Origin: Octopus sinensis
Lineage: Eukaryota
Reading direction: 5' to 3'
Length of the DNA stretch: 64,000 nt
Assembly (NCBI RefSeq): GCF_006345805.1
Contig: NW_021832229.1
Coordinates: 124,001 to 188,000, forward strand
Under the pieces are notes generated by a model. That model was not told the DNA's origin and searched no databases. It saw only the letters and a program-made list of their open reading frames with translations. Position numbers and translations under genes: made by a program. Of the stretch, positions 10,868-23,799 are shown one piece after another. The stretch's first letter is position 1. The number at the start of each line of letters is the position of its first letter.

Positions 10868-13800
10868 GGCCAAGGCCAAAGCACGCATCCCACAATAACA
10901 TCAACACCACCAAATAGTAAATCGAAATTCAAAACACACACAACTCGGAGTCCCAAAATCTGCCGGTATTCCCAACGTGAGAGAATATGTCTGCTGAGTG
11001 ACTGTCCCTTCACTCATCTTCCAGGGACCCGACGCACAAACAGAAACGGGGCTTCAAGCCAACACACAAACCTGAATAAAAATAAAAAATAGAAACACAC
11101 CATGCTGCAGTAATGCTGGTCCAGTCTTTTCAGGAAGACACAAAAACAACAACAACAAAAGTGGAAACTACAACCCTATCCAACAGTGCAACCACACCTC
11201 CAGCCAAAAACTGCTCCCTAAGCTAAGCAAATTCTTTTTTAGCCATGTTGAACATGGCAAAAGAGATACACAAAAATATTCTAGCCATCACTCAACACCA
11301 TCCTATGCTATTACCCACAGTGCACCAATTCCCCACATTGCTGTCACTAACACACACAAAAAATCCAAGCCCCCTGCAACAGTCAAACCAGCCACTACAC
11401 TAACCTCCACATTTCTACTCAATGCACAAGGTGTCAGCCCTTCCATCAATGCACAAAAATGGAAGGTCCAATTCATTGAAGACTGGGTTGGTAACCATCC
11501 ACACCACATCCTTTTTTTCATTCTCACTGAGACCCACCTTGACAACTCCCACTTGGAAGCCGAAGTGAGAGTGAAGAATTTCACAACCATCCGCGCGGAT
11601 CGTATCGGCAGAAGGAAGGGTGGAACTGCCATTTTCCTGCATGATTCGTTTACGGCAGATGGAAATAGTATATTCTCCAACGGCTACTGTGAATCAGTCA
11701 CCGTGCACACAAAGCCAATGACCTGACAGTAATTGGGCTCTATAGGCTGCCCCAAACACCCATACTGCGCTTTAAAGAATGCCTCAACAGCATTAAGTGC
11801 TTTATTCAACAGTGCCATTCTAGCAACCTACTCATGATGGGAGACTTCAATCTACCCTGTGTTGACTGGACTACAAACTGTTTGAAACCAAGCACTCCCG
11901 CCTCAACCGCTGACAAAGAAGCAGCAGAGTCACTTTTCGACTTTACGAATGAGTTTTTCTTGTCCCAACTTGTCCTTGCACCAACAAGACATCAGAACAT
12001 TTTGGACCTAGTGTTTTAGTAACCACACTAACACTATACATAACGTTACAGTGGAAAAAACCCTTCTTTCAGACCATGACATGGTTCTCTGTAACATGAA
12101 ATTCCACCAGCCGAAATTAATCCTAGTGACCTTCCTCCAGCCCACCATTTGACAACATGGATCTCCATAATGCCAACTGGGATGCAATCAGGAACGAGCT
12201 ATCACATGTTGACTGGTCCTTTACACATACACACATCTCCACCAACCATAAAACATCTTGGCAGATCTTTGTAGACACCGTCATAGACATATGTGCAAAA
12301 CACTCCCACCAAGACCTGTGAACAAAAAGTGCAGAATCCCCCAAAACAGAAAAACTATTATAAGAAAAATAAAAAGAACAAACAAAAAAATTAACAAACT
12401 AAAGTACTGCCAACAGCAACACACACATTCGACGGCTATCGCACTGCTTGAATCCAAAAAATATAACCTCCAACAATGCATGAAGACCCTCATCAATAAC
12501 CAAAGATCAGCTGAGGAGAAGTGGGCCATTGAAAAATCAAACTCAACCCCAAAGTGTTCTTTTCATTTGCGAGGAAACACAGGGTCACTGTCTCCATTGT
12601 TGGCCCTCTATTGATGAAACTGGCACTCTCCAAGATAATGCCAATCCATGGCCGAGATACTGCAGAAACAATACTGCTCTGTTTTCAGCAATCCTGATAT
12701 GGCCGATCTGGGCTGTATCAGTGATGTCAACCCCCAACACACTATATCGGACATAACGTTTGGTGCCCCTGATGTCTTAGCGGCGATAAACGAAATAAAA
12801 CACAATTCAGCAGTAGGCCCCGATAGGTTCCCTGCTTGTGTCCTGAAGGTGTGTCGACACCAACTTGCATCTCCCCTTGCTAATCTGTGGAGAAACTCAC
12901 TGGATGCTGGCTATATTCCAAAAAACCTTCTGTCCCAGTTTTCAAAAAGGGAAACAAGTCCCTTGCAGTGAACTACCGTCCGATCTCACTCACCTCTCAT
13001 ATCATCAAGGTATTTGAGAGGGTGGTGAGATCTCGAATAACCCAATTTCTGGAAAGCAACAGACGGCTGATCTCCAACCAGCATGGGTTCCGTAATGGAA
13101 GGGACTGCCTAACGCAGCTCCTGCATCATTTTGATGACATTTTGAGAGCTTTGGGAGAGGGCTCCAACACCGATGTCATCTACCTTGATTTCAGTAAGGC
13201 CTTCGACAGGGTTGATCACAAGATCCTATTGAAAAAACTATCCAACATTGGTGTCTCTGGAAAGTTACTGAAATGGATCAAGTGTTTCCTGACAGACAGA
13301 TCTCAACATGTTGTAGTTGAAGGGGTAAAATCAAGCCCAGCCAAAGTCAATAGTGGCGTTCCGCAAGGCACTGTGCTGGGCCCACTTCTTTTCTTCATCT
13401 ACATTAATGACATTAATGACATCATCAAGCACAGCAACATAAAAATCTTTGCAGATGACTCCAAGCTACAGAAGGTCATAAATGAGGCGAGTGACCGGAC
13501 ATGCCTTCAGTCAGATCTACTGGCTGTTATCCAATGGGCAGAAAAAAACAATATGCTGCTGAACGAGGATAAATTTGAGTTAATCCACTTTGGAAAAGAG
13601 GATGCCCTGAAACTCCCATACTCCCTTCCTTCAGGTGAAACTCTCGTGGCATCCAACAACATCAGGGACTTGGGAGTAATTGTGGACAACAACATAAGCT
13701 GGCCCACTCATATAAACACCAAAGTTGACATGGCCCGCAGAATGTGTTCCTGGATTCTCAGAACTTACCAGTCGAGAGATATCCACACCATTATCCTTCT

Positions 13801-14410
13801 CTTCTCCACTTTTGCCCGACCCTACCTTGAATACTGTTGTCCACTGTGGTCTCCCCACATAAAAGAAAGTATCATAAAAGTTGAAGCACCTCAAAGGGCA
13901 ATCACAAAAAAAGATAGATGGCATGACAGGCCTCGACTATTGGGGTCGACTAGAAAAGCTAAAACTTTATTCTCTCCAACGTCGTAGTGAGCGCTACACC
14001 ATCTGCATGATGTGGAAAATATTCCATCAGCATTGCCCAAATGATGTTGGCATCACCTTTAAGGTACATCCAAGGCTTGGGCCCCGTGCCATCCGCCCAA
14101 AACAAAAATCGCACTCTCATCTCATAACAACAATACGGCACAATTATTTCACCTCAATTGGCCCCGCTCTCTTTAACATTACACCAAAACACATTAAAAC
14201 AGAAACAGACCCTATAGGGTTCAAGAAGTCTTTGGACAGATTCCTTCAAGAAATCCCGGATAAACCCCCTACACCCGGATATGTCTCTGTAAACAATAAC
14301 TCTCTACTTGAGTGGGCCATAGTGCCCAAATTCTGACTTGAAAGACTTCACCAGGTGGTGCTATTAAGTTAGACATGGCCTGGGCCAATAATGGCCGAAA
14401 CCTATCAAAG
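10868..14410 (+). mobile_element. CR1-type non-LTR retrotransposon, copy B (inverted relative to copy A, more 5'-truncated)
   Basis: Reverse complement of ~2540-6100; one CCCH finger (10961-11017), APE, RT (ORF 12887-13987: YLDFSKAFDRV, GVPQGTVLGP, FADDSKL), single TATCAAAG tail unit. Confidence 0.92.
11320..14336 (+). pseudogene. ORF2 (APE + RT) of CR1 copy B, frameshifted
   Basis: ORF-track pieces 11834-12019, 12648-12971, 12887-13987 and 13881-14336. Confidence 0.88.
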
Positions 14411-14568
14411 TATATATACATATACATATATACATATATATACATATATATATACATATACATATATACATATATATATACATATATATATATACATACA
14501 TATATATATATATAATATATATATATATATATCTATATATATATATATATTATATATATATATATATA

Positions 14569-14845
14569 TGGCCCAGTGGTTAGGGCAGCGGACTCGCGAT
14601 CGTAGGATCACGGTTTCGATTCCTAGACTAGGCATTGTGCTTGTTTATTGAGCGAAAACACCTAATGCTCCACGAGGCTCCGGCAGGGGGGGGGGCGATC
14701 CCTGCTGTACTCTTTCGCCACAACTTTCTCTCACTCTTTCTTCTGTCGGCCAGCGGGGTACGTCATTTAAAGTCTAAAACAATGCGAAACGCATTGTGAC
14801 CAGCGATGTGTAGCAACACCTGATAGCCTGGTCGGTCACGGTGAT
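14569..14845 (+). mobile_element. tRNA-derived SINE
   Basis: TGGCCCAGTGG A box and GGTTTCGATTCC B box; same family as 1570-1988. Confidence 0.85.
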
Positions 14846-15249
14846 ATATAAATATATATATATATATATGTATATATATGTGTGTGTAGTTTTCCCTACT
14901 TAACAATTAACACGGAAAAAATTGATAAACCTGGATAGCAAATAATCACACAAGTAAAAAGGTTGTAACTCCTTGGCGAGTTTCATGTCTTCATTTCCCC
15001 GAAGAGAAGATTACATCGTTTTACACCATTTTATTCCTTAGTTCTTCAAAGAAAGCAGAGTAATTTACTCGTTAATTATTTCATAATGAAGCGAATTACT
15101 TCATTTTATCACTAATTATTCATTTCGATTCTGCTATTCCGGACAGAGTTCGATCCTAGGAAGTAATTCCCTTTGCCATATGAGTCATTATATCGATATC
15201 GATTTGGATATACTTACATATCTGCATCTAAAAAATATATCGATTTATA

Positions 15250-15640
15250 GGCGCAGGCGTGGCTTTCCAACCACATGATTCCGAGTTCAGTCCCACTGCG
15301 TGGCATGTTCGGCAAGTGTCTACTGAAAGGAACAAACCGAAACACAGAGATATACACACAGACACGCACACACACACATGCATACATGTATGTATGTGTG
15401 TCTACATACGCATGTGTGCGTGTCATATGTACGTATGTGTGTGTGAAGATTAGCTCCCCTTCATCCCTTAACAGTAGACATTGTATGATTCAAGAACCCC
15501 GTTTGTTAGGGATTTGGCCAAAAGAGATCAACGGAGTAAGTTATAGGCTTAAACATAAGTTGTGGGGGGCCAAATTCCCTCAAGGCGGTACCTAATAATA
15601 GCCGCAGTCCAATGATTGAAACAAGTGAAAGATAAAAGAT
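15250..15640 (+). mobile_element. Degenerate SINE with internal microsatellite
   Basis: CCAACCACATGATTCCGAGTTCAGTCCCACTGCGTGG head and GCCGCAGTCCAATGATTGAAACAAG tail, as in 20311-20727. Confidence 0.7.
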
Positions 15641-15643
15641 ATA

Positions 15644-16422
15644 CGAGTGTAGGCAGAAAGGTTCATAGGCTGACTATGAAGGAGTGTTGCAAGAGCTGGG
15701 TAAACTTGTCTCTCTTCATTTCAACGGTTTTTATAAATGACTGAATTGTTTCCAAAACCAGGATGAGTGTTGGGTTCACCGCTTTGAAGCAGAAACAAAG
15801 ACACAATCCATCTAGTGGAGACACCCCTACTCACCTGCTTCAAAAAAGCTAACGTTGTTTCTTCTCCAGGGAAGTTGATGGCTTTCGTTTTCGGGATGCA
15901 AAAGGCATTGTGTTAATAGACTATCTTCTAAAGGGCCACACCATCAACGGAGAGTACTGTGCTGACATGCTGAGGCGGGTAGGAAAAGATATCAAGACCA
16001 AACGGCCAGGCAACCTGCCAAAAGGGGTCATGTTTCGCCAGGACAATGCCCCAGTACACAAGTCAGTCCTTGGTTCCAATGGTTACTGTATATGACTGTG
16101 GCTTTGAAGTGGTTGACCAGCTTCCCTGTTCCTCTGATTTGACCCCTGACTGTCATTTGTTTCCAAACATGAAAAACAAAAACAAAAAAAAAGCAACATC
16201 TGGCTGGGAAGCATTATCGCAGTGATGACGACGACATGTCTGCTGTTGATGACATTTTGGAGCAGCAGGAAGAAAGCTTGTTTATTAATGGGTCCCAAAC
16301 ACCACAACACTGATGGAAGATGTGTGTGGACCGTAAGGGGGAGAAGGTCGAAAAATAAATCTCATTTGGTCACATTCCATTAGATTAACTGATCAGCTAA
16401 TGAACTTTTCAGCTGACTCTTG
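15644..16422 (+). mobile_element. Internally deleted mariner (DD34D) transposon
   Basis: DECWVH, IDYLLKGHTINGEY, FRQDNAPVH, SDLTP-DCHLFPNM; imperfect ~30-bp TIRs at 15644-15674 and 16391-16422. Confidence 0.85.
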
Positions 16423-16449
16423 TGTGTGCTTGTGTATGTATGTGTGTGT

Positions 16450-16760
16450 GAGCATTGGAATCACAATCATGAGGTTGTGAGTTCGAATCCTGGTCCGAGC
16501 TGTGTGTTGTGTTCTTGGGCAAGACACTTTATCTCACGTTACTCCAGTTCACTAATCGATAGAAATGAGCTGTGACCCTTCACTGTATCGGCCCTCTTTG
16601 CCTTCCCCTTGGATAACATCAGTGGCGTGGAGGGGAGGGGCCAATATGCATGGGCGGCTTCTGATCTTCCATAAACAGCCTTGCTCGGGTTTATGCCTCC
16701 GAGGGGAACTTTCTAGGTGCAATCTCATGCTCATTAATGACCGAAGGGGGTCATGCCTTT
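16450..16760 (+). mobile_element. tRNA-derived SINE (different family)
   Basis: GAGTTCGAATCC B box followed by TTGTGTTCTTGGGCAAGACACTT body. Confidence 0.7.
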
Positions 16761-17241
16761 ATACATACATACATACATACATACATCATACATACATACA
16801 TACATGTATACATACACACACACACACTCACACAAACATATATATATATACCCCTCTGCGAGGCAATTTTATTTTAATTCTCTCGCAGGAAGGACTAGTT
16901 GACGAGTCGTGTCCTGTCTTGCCTTCAAAACACGCTTGAGTCTGCTAGTGACAGCTGATGATTGGGGATTTTTCCTTGTGTAGTTTGTCCTGTATCTTAA
17001 TTTTCTGTTGTAAAAAATAGTGTTTTTCCCGTTTTCGTTTCGTCTCTGTTTTTTTGTTGTAAAAAAATGGCTTGTCAGTTTTCGTTTTTCGTTGAGTTCT
17101 ACGTCTAGTTGTGATGTCCTGTACTCACGTATATATATTTATATATGCATGTATATATACATGTAGATGTAGGTACGTACATATATGTTTGTATGTATGC
17201 ATATAGTTTATTTATTACACTATATATATATATATATAATA

Positions 17242-17292
<51 letters not shown>

Positions 17293-17956
17293 GAGTGGGT
17301 ATGCATGTGTAGAATGTATAAGTATATGCATACATGTATGTATGTATAAATATATGCATATATGTATATGTTTACATACGTGAGACAGACAGACAGCGTG
17401 TGTGTTAGAGAATAAAAGTGAGTAAGAGTGAGAGTATGAGAGAGTGAGTCTCAGACATTTGGTCCTTGTTAAATGCATGTCAGTCGCTCACTTGAGGAAA
17501 TAATGTACATCGTAAACAAAGTAATTAACTCTCTAATTATCCCATTTAATTACTTCATATGAGCTGTTATTATTAATTTCCACCTTGCTATTAAGAACAT
17601 GTTTGCATTCCAGGAAATAATGGCCATCAAACTTGAGTTTACCATATCAATATGTATCTATCCTATCCATCTATCTGCGTGTATGCATATATATATTTAT
17701 ATATATGTAGTTTGTGCGTGTGTGTGTGTGTGTGTGCGCGCGCATGCATATTTGTAAGTATCTTGTGGTGGATGCAAAGTGGACGAAAGATGAACGTGGA
17801 GCTAAAACCGAAGAAGGCGGTGTGATGAGAAGAATAAATGGATGTGGTAGATTTTAGTGCAAACATACATCTTTTAGACGAGACTACATTCTGTAAGCAC
17901 GAGGAGTGGGTCAGGCTGCAGCCCTTTTCTACATACTCCTCTCTCTTTCTCTTTCT

Positions 17957-18013
<57 letters not shown>

Positions 18014-18360
18014 CACACACACACACATACATACATATATATGTGTATGTGAATGCATGCATGCAAGAGGGAGACAGAAAGAGACAAAGACATAGCGAAA
18101 AGTAGATTGAGAGTAACAAATATACTCGTGCTGTATCGAATAGACTGGAAGAGAGCGAAATGAAGTTCAATGGCCCTCCGTGTCGCTTTATCCAGAAACG
18201 GAATCCAAATAGGTGGAATTATTTTATCAAACATGAATCGGAATATTACATTGATTAAATATATCAATTAAAAACAAAGAAACATTTGTTTCTTGGTCAT
18301 CTTGAAATTCAAATGCAGGTCTTTCTTTCGAACCTGATATACATAAGTGGGTGTGCGTAA

Positions 18361-18392
<32 letters not shown>

Positions 18393-18584
18393 TAATATAT
18401 ATTATATATATATATTATATATATCGAGGTTATGAGAGTTAATGGTGTCAAGAAGACCCAAAGGTGTCAGGTAATGCTGAGTAAATGGTATGGACAGACT
18501 ATAGTTAAGCTCCAGGTTCGATGATTATAGGAATGAGGTTCCAATGTAGGTCATATATCAGCATGTGTATATATAAAAAAGATC

Positions 18585-18859
18585 ACAGAATGAGATTAAA
18601 AAAAAATCTAAGGCTATGAAAGATTTCAGAACATTTATAAAGAGGTCTTTCAGCTGTTTCCGGGATATTTCATAAATCCCTTCATCAGAGACGGTGCGAG
18701 AAAATGGTTAAGCAATAGTTATTATAGAGAATATTGCTTAACCATTTTCTCGCACCGTCTCTGATGAAGGGATATATAAATATCCCGGAAACAGCTGAAA
18801 GACCTCTTTATAAATGTTCTGAAATCTTTCATAGCCTTGGATTCTTTATCTCATTCTGT
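18585..18859. mobile_element. PLE pseudo-LTR foldback (~130-bp arms, 14-nt loop) with a mutated hammerhead in each arm
   Basis: 18585-18717 is inverted to 18732-18859; plus-strand motif GTCT-CTGATGAA-GGGATAT/ATATCCC-G-GAAAC-AGCT-GAA-AGAC at 18757-18803, mirror at 18645-18692. Confidence 0.8.
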
Positions 18860-18864
18860 TAATT

Positions 18865-18902
<38 letters not shown>

Positions 18903-18944
18903 TTTTCCCGAGTATCTATCTATCTATATATGATTGACTCTCTC

Positions 18945-19186
18945 TTCGAAGGCAACGTATGATTTGTCTATAGTGATCAAATGTTCGTGCCGCACATTAG
19001 CTCCATCAAATCAACGTTGTCTGAACAGGTGCACAGTGTGCCACTCGTCACGTGTCGAAGTGATCGCAGAGCAGCGTGAGATGAAGTGTTTTGCTCAAGA
19101 ACACAACACACCACCCGGTCTGGGAATTGAAACCACGATCTCGCGATTGTTAGTCCAGCACCCTATCCACTAGGCCACACGCTCCT
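18945..19186 (-). mobile_element. tRNA-derived SINE
   Basis: Minus strand TGGCCTAGTGG A box, GGTTTCAATTCC B-box-like motif, TGTGTTCTTGAGCAAAACACTT body. Confidence 0.75.
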
Positions 19187-19601
19187 CATAAATATGTGTG
19201 TGTGTGTGTGTATGTGTGCATGTGTGTGTGTAAGTGAATTTAAGCATTTAAACAATTGGCGTGTGTCGTATCTGTGGACTCCAGCCTGATATTGGTTGAC
19301 ACTAACAAATACATGCGAACTAAGATGAGTGGGCTCTGATGCCTTTCCAGATATATGATAGTCCCGTGTTTAGTAGGAGTTATTTCTCAAGCACAGTCTG
19401 GAATCGAACCCGCGTCTGCTGAAGCACACTGAAGATGTATAATTACAGCAAATAAGAAGATAAGAGATAATTACTGCTTTGATGTTTAACAGTATTGTAC
19501 ATTTGATTAAATTAAAAATTCAGGATTTATTTAACAAACACTAAATATCACTTGTCTGTTGGCCTTTGTCTGTCTGTAAACAAAGAGGTAAAGAGAGAGG
19601 C

Positions 19602-19655
<54 letters not shown>

Positions 19656-20310
19656 TGTGAGATAGAGACAGAGAGAGAGAGAAAGAGATAGAGAGAGAGA
19701 GAGGGGTATACAGCATGATAAAATAGGAAAAGAGAGAGAAATGTTGTTTTGCCAAAAAATTCAGGATGTTATTTCAGCATCAATGTGGGTCACTCCAAGC
19801 TGTCTATGAGAGAAATATCTTCAAATATAAACTCACAGGGAGTGTGATGACGCATCCTCTTCATACCAGCATGAGAAAAGATTAGATGACGATGATGACG
19901 ACGACGACGATGATGATGCTGATGATGATGATGATGAAACGTGCATAAACACACGTCGCAGCTTTGATGTTCCTCCTGTCCAAATCTCTATATTTACAGA
20001 TCGATAAACTCCGTGTGAAGGCATGTAATGTATTTATACCCAGACATCTCAGAATTCAAGACTAACCCCTCACTGTACCGTTTCATTCGTGAGGGACCCT
20101 ACTCAAAAGTTCCTCCCTACAATCTGTTTTGGGTTCCCCTACAAAATCTTCTGCTTCTAGATTAACAGAACTCGAAGCTTCATTCCAAGATTTCTTATAA
20201 ATACTTGTTACATTATTTGAAAGAAGCCTTTCTTTTGTGTTCACGCCTCCGCTTTATACATTCCTTGTTTTATCAGAGGAAACAACGTGCAACGTTTCTC
20301 ATTTGTGTAG

Positions 20311-20727
20311 GTGAAGGCGTGGCTCTGTCGTAAGAAGCTTGCTTCCCAACCACATGGTTCTGGGTTCAGTCCTACTGCGTGGTACCTTGAGCAAGTGTCT
20401 TTTACTATAGCCTCGGGCCGACCAAAGACTTGTGAGTGGATTCGGTAGACGGAAACTGAAAGAAGCCCGTCATATATATATATATATATATAATATATAT
20501 ATATATACTTATGTGTGTGTCTGTTTGTCCCCTCGCCATCGCTTAAAAACCGAAGTTGGTGCGTTTTAGTCACCGTAACTAACTTAGCAGTTCGGTAAAA
20601 CAAACGATAGAGTAAGCACTAGGCTTACAAAGAATAAGTCCTGGGGTCGATTTCTTCGACTAACACACTTTAAGGTGGTGTTCCAGCATGGCCGCAGTCA
20701 AATGACTGAAACAAGTAAAAGAGTAAA
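20311..20727 (+). mobile_element. Full-length tRNA-derived SINE with internal TA/TG tract
   Basis: GGCGTGGCT...GGGTTCAGTCC head, CTGGGGTCGAT motif, CCAGCATGGCCGCAGTCAAATGACTGAAACAAGTAAAAGA tail; siblings at 22132, 34908 and 1331. Confidence 0.88.
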
Positions 20728-20949
20728 CGAATAAAATAATATATGAAATGTTCAGCTTTCTTTAGTTGCTGTTTTGCACTTAACAAAGACGGATCAATAT
20801 AATCGGTCTGATCAGGAATAAACATCAATTCGATTTCTCGACCAAGGACCTTCCAATTTCAAGACGAATTATTACGTGAAATGTACGTTGGCAAAAAACG
20901 GAATGCTTTATAAGACGATTGAGCTGGCGTGTTCATTGTTTTGAAAGCG

Positions 20950-21435
20950 GAGTGCCTGGGTGATATAAAGATGAAAAAATGTGACTTCAGAATATGATAC
21001 CAACTGAATAACAAATGGATGTTGGGAAAGTGAAAGAATGTGTTTTAAATATCTTAAAAAAGATTCATGTTTCATCAGATGCCAAATAGCTTCCAATGTA
21101 AGATGAACGAACAATTCATATATTGACACAAATCATATCAGTTACATGTTTCCTACGATAAAATAAAGAATATACATAATTAAGGGGTTTGTATATATAA
21201 AAGGGCTTCCTTTATTTATAAGAAATCTAGAAATGGAGCTTATATATCTATTAATCTAGAAACCAAAGTGTTTGCTACAAAACTACAAATAGATGATAGG
21301 ATAGACTATCTGGCCCTCACGATCCTCTTTCCCAGCGGTGAAGGACCATAAAGTAAACTTAGAGAATAAACCTTAGTGTAGATTGCTTAACCCAGCAAAG
21401 ACTGAGTTAGCTGTGGTGTGGAAAGAAATATTAGA
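20950..21435 (+). pseudogene. Degenerate PLE reverse transcriptase N-terminal fragment
   Basis: Translates with stops and shifts as YKK...SINLETKVFATKLQIDDRIDYLA...KDHKVNLENKP*CRLLNPAKTEL, matching the KDHK/CRLINPAK motifs of PLE RTs. Confidence 0.65.
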
Positions 21436-21554
21436 AAGGACCATTTTTGGAGAAAAGGTAGGTTCCTTATTAAGAGTAGAAGAAAAACCGCCCTCCGCAC
21501 AAACCATAGAAGGGATTGATCATGTCAGAAGTTAGGCATGGAGGAGCGATTAAT

Positions 21555-21720
21555 TTATGACATCCCACTTTGAAAGCCATCTCCATGCAATTCAAAATCA
21601 AAACATCTCCGCCAACTACCTACAGCATAGAAGGCAAAAGACACTGACACACGACAAATGTAGGCCGTACAAAAGCAAGACTGAACAGATCAACCACATT
21701 ATTGTCATTTGTGGTACATC
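21555..21720 (+). pseudogene. R4/RLE-type non-LTR fragment (zinc-knuckle region)
   Basis: SHFESHLHAIQNQNISANYL...DKCR...EQINHIIVIC resembles AQDQ...NY...CR.C..ET..H.IS.C of the elements at 51614-60584. Confidence 0.55.
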
Positions 21721-21954
21721 ATTTCTTATTTCGCTTAGGAATAGCAATACTACTAACCCGATCTTACAACGCAATATACATATGCTTCAGAGAAAAGCGC
21801 CATTAAAGTGGGGGGAGTAACCAGTGTTGATATAAGTTACAATGGGAAAAAGTAATTATCTGATGAAATCCATAAATCCATTTGATTTCAGCCACTCCTG
21901 CGCCTCACACATTTTTTCTCCCCTTGTTTCTCTCCTTGTTTTTTTTCTGTGTCC

Positions 21955-21990
21955 CTTTCTGTAGAAGAGCGTAGGCTCGAAACGTAAAAG
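21955..21990 (+). ncRNA. Minimal hammerhead-like motif with variant core, in a short PLE-type LTR (~21880-22085)
   Basis: CTTT-CTGTAGAA-GAGC-GTAG-GCTC-GAAA-CG-TA-AAAG; stems I and II pair perfectly, core has A6 replaced by U. Confidence 0.55.
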
Positions 21991-22131
21991 ACTTTTTTTT
22001 TATATTCCTAAGCGTTATACTAATACATCTGTTTGTTTTCAACACCACCTGTCTTCGTCTTTTGTTTTTTTCGTAAACTCTCCCTATATATATATATATA
22101 TATAATATATATATATATAATATATATATAT

Positions 22132-22400
22132 ATGGTTCGGGGTTCAGTTATATTGCTTGCCACTTTGGCCAAATGACTTCTACTATGGCTTCGGGCTGAC
22201 CAAAGCCTTGTTTGTGTGTCTGTGTTTGTCCTCTCATCATCGCTTGGCAACCGCTGTTGGTGTGTTTGCGTCCCCGTAAATTAGCGGTTCCACTAAAGGA
22301 ACCGATAGAATAAGTACTGCACTAGAAAAGAATAAATTCTGGTGTCGATTTGTTTCACAAAAAGACACCGCTCCATCATGGCCGCGGTCAAGTAAAAGAG
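22132..22400 (+). mobile_element. Degenerate SINE
   Basis: Colinear with 20311-20727. Confidence 0.8.
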
Positions 22401-23546
22401 TATACATACATACATATGTGTGTATGTATACATACACACATACATACATACTTACATATACATACATACATACATGCATACATATATACATATATGTGTA
22501 TATATATATGTGTGTGTGGGGGTGTGTGTGGAAAAAAAGCTGTATCTTTTTATTCACACAATTCGTTTCACAATTCTACATCTTACTCATTGGATACAAA
22601 ATTACTTTATTTTTTGTTTTTAAAAAACCTTATTTTTTTCTCATATGTTCCCACTGTCTGTCTGTCTATCTGTCTGTCTCTCTCAGTTTCCCCACGTATT
22701 TCTAAACATAACCTGTATACCGTAACCCTTAAACCTAACCAATACCTACAACTTAAACCCTAACCTAAAAACTCAAACGCTTGGCCTCTCTTTTAAACCC
22801 TTCTCTCGTTCTAAATCCCTAATAAAAGAATTTTTCTTGATACGTTTGTCAACTGCTGTTTCTTTAGGTTTAGCCATATCAAATATCCCTTCGTTTGTCC
22901 TGTTCCCCTAAACTTTATTAAAATAAGTTTCAAATGCAGTTGATTATGGAACCTGTAAACGGGAGAATACAGGTGAGCTGATGAATGAGATTAGAGGGCA
23001 ATAATGCCTTTCCAGATATATAAAAATCCCGTAAATGAAATAAAGAATTGTTTTCAAATATGAACAGGCTGAAATTAAGCCTGTGTGCAGTAAAGCACAT
23101 TGAAATTGCATAATTACAGCTAATTAGAAGTAATTAAAGATATAATTACTATGTTTATGTTGTATCCTCAATTTGTCTAAACTGGGAAATTTGGGATGTA
23201 TTTTATAAATACCAAGAATTTATAACTTGCTCCTTTCCTCCCTCTTTCTTTCTCTCTCTCTCTCTCTCTCTCTTTATGCACAAATCTATACCCATAGGTG
23301 TACACACACACACACACACACACATGCATGCATACAGTTTGAGCCGGCAGAACCGTTACTGGTAAAAATGAAAGTGTTTAGCAGCAATACTTCCAAATTG
23401 AGGTTCTGAGTTCGAATGTTGCCTGGGTTGCTGCTACATGTCATCGTTTCGCTCGATAAAATAAATACTTATTAAGCACGAGGGTTGATATAATCCACTT
23501 AAATCCTGACTTGAAATTGCTGGTCGAGTGCCAGAGTTTAAAACCG

Positions 23547-23547
<1 letters not shown>

Positions 23548-23589
<42 letters not shown>

Positions 23590-23675
23590 GGTGTGTGTGT
23601 ATGTGTGTGTGTATGTGTGTGTGTGCGTATGTGTGTGTGTGTATGTGCGTGTGTATGTGTGTGTGTGTGTGTGTC
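23548..23675. repeat. (TG)n microsatellite
   Basis: Directly visible. Confidence 0.95.
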
Positions 23676-23799
23676 ATTATGAATACCGTTATATTATGTA
23701 TGTCTGTGTTTGTTCGGTTTGCAAAAAACTTTCTAGCATTTTGTAAGTAAAATTTTTTAATAGCCTTTAGATTGCCGTGCATAGCTTTACTCAAACCAA

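Noticed and set aside
14569-14640. tRNA-like sequences (also 1915-1988, 41813-41880, 16450-16500)
   Set aside because: No complete cloverleaf or acceptor stem; they are SINE heads.
16880-16960. TTGACGA/AAAAC and CTGATGA motifs in a PLE-like LTR
   Set aside because: Both core strands are mutated and stems II and III cannot be formed convincingly.
17878-17905. Possible 28-nt upstream exon (ETTFCKHE) that would join the LU exon in phase to give C-X6-C
   Set aside because: 13 kb away, only one Cys, modest splice sites; could easily be chance without transcript data.
22720-22770. TAACCC-like units (also at 26829-26841) suggesting telomeric repeats
   Set aside because: Only two or three degenerate units; no array.
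19300-23170. Diverged ~200-bp similarity between ~19310-19520 and ~22965-23170, considered as duplicated exons
   Set aside because: Stops in the frames tried and a B-box-like motif on the minus strand (19400-19411) point to old SINE copies.
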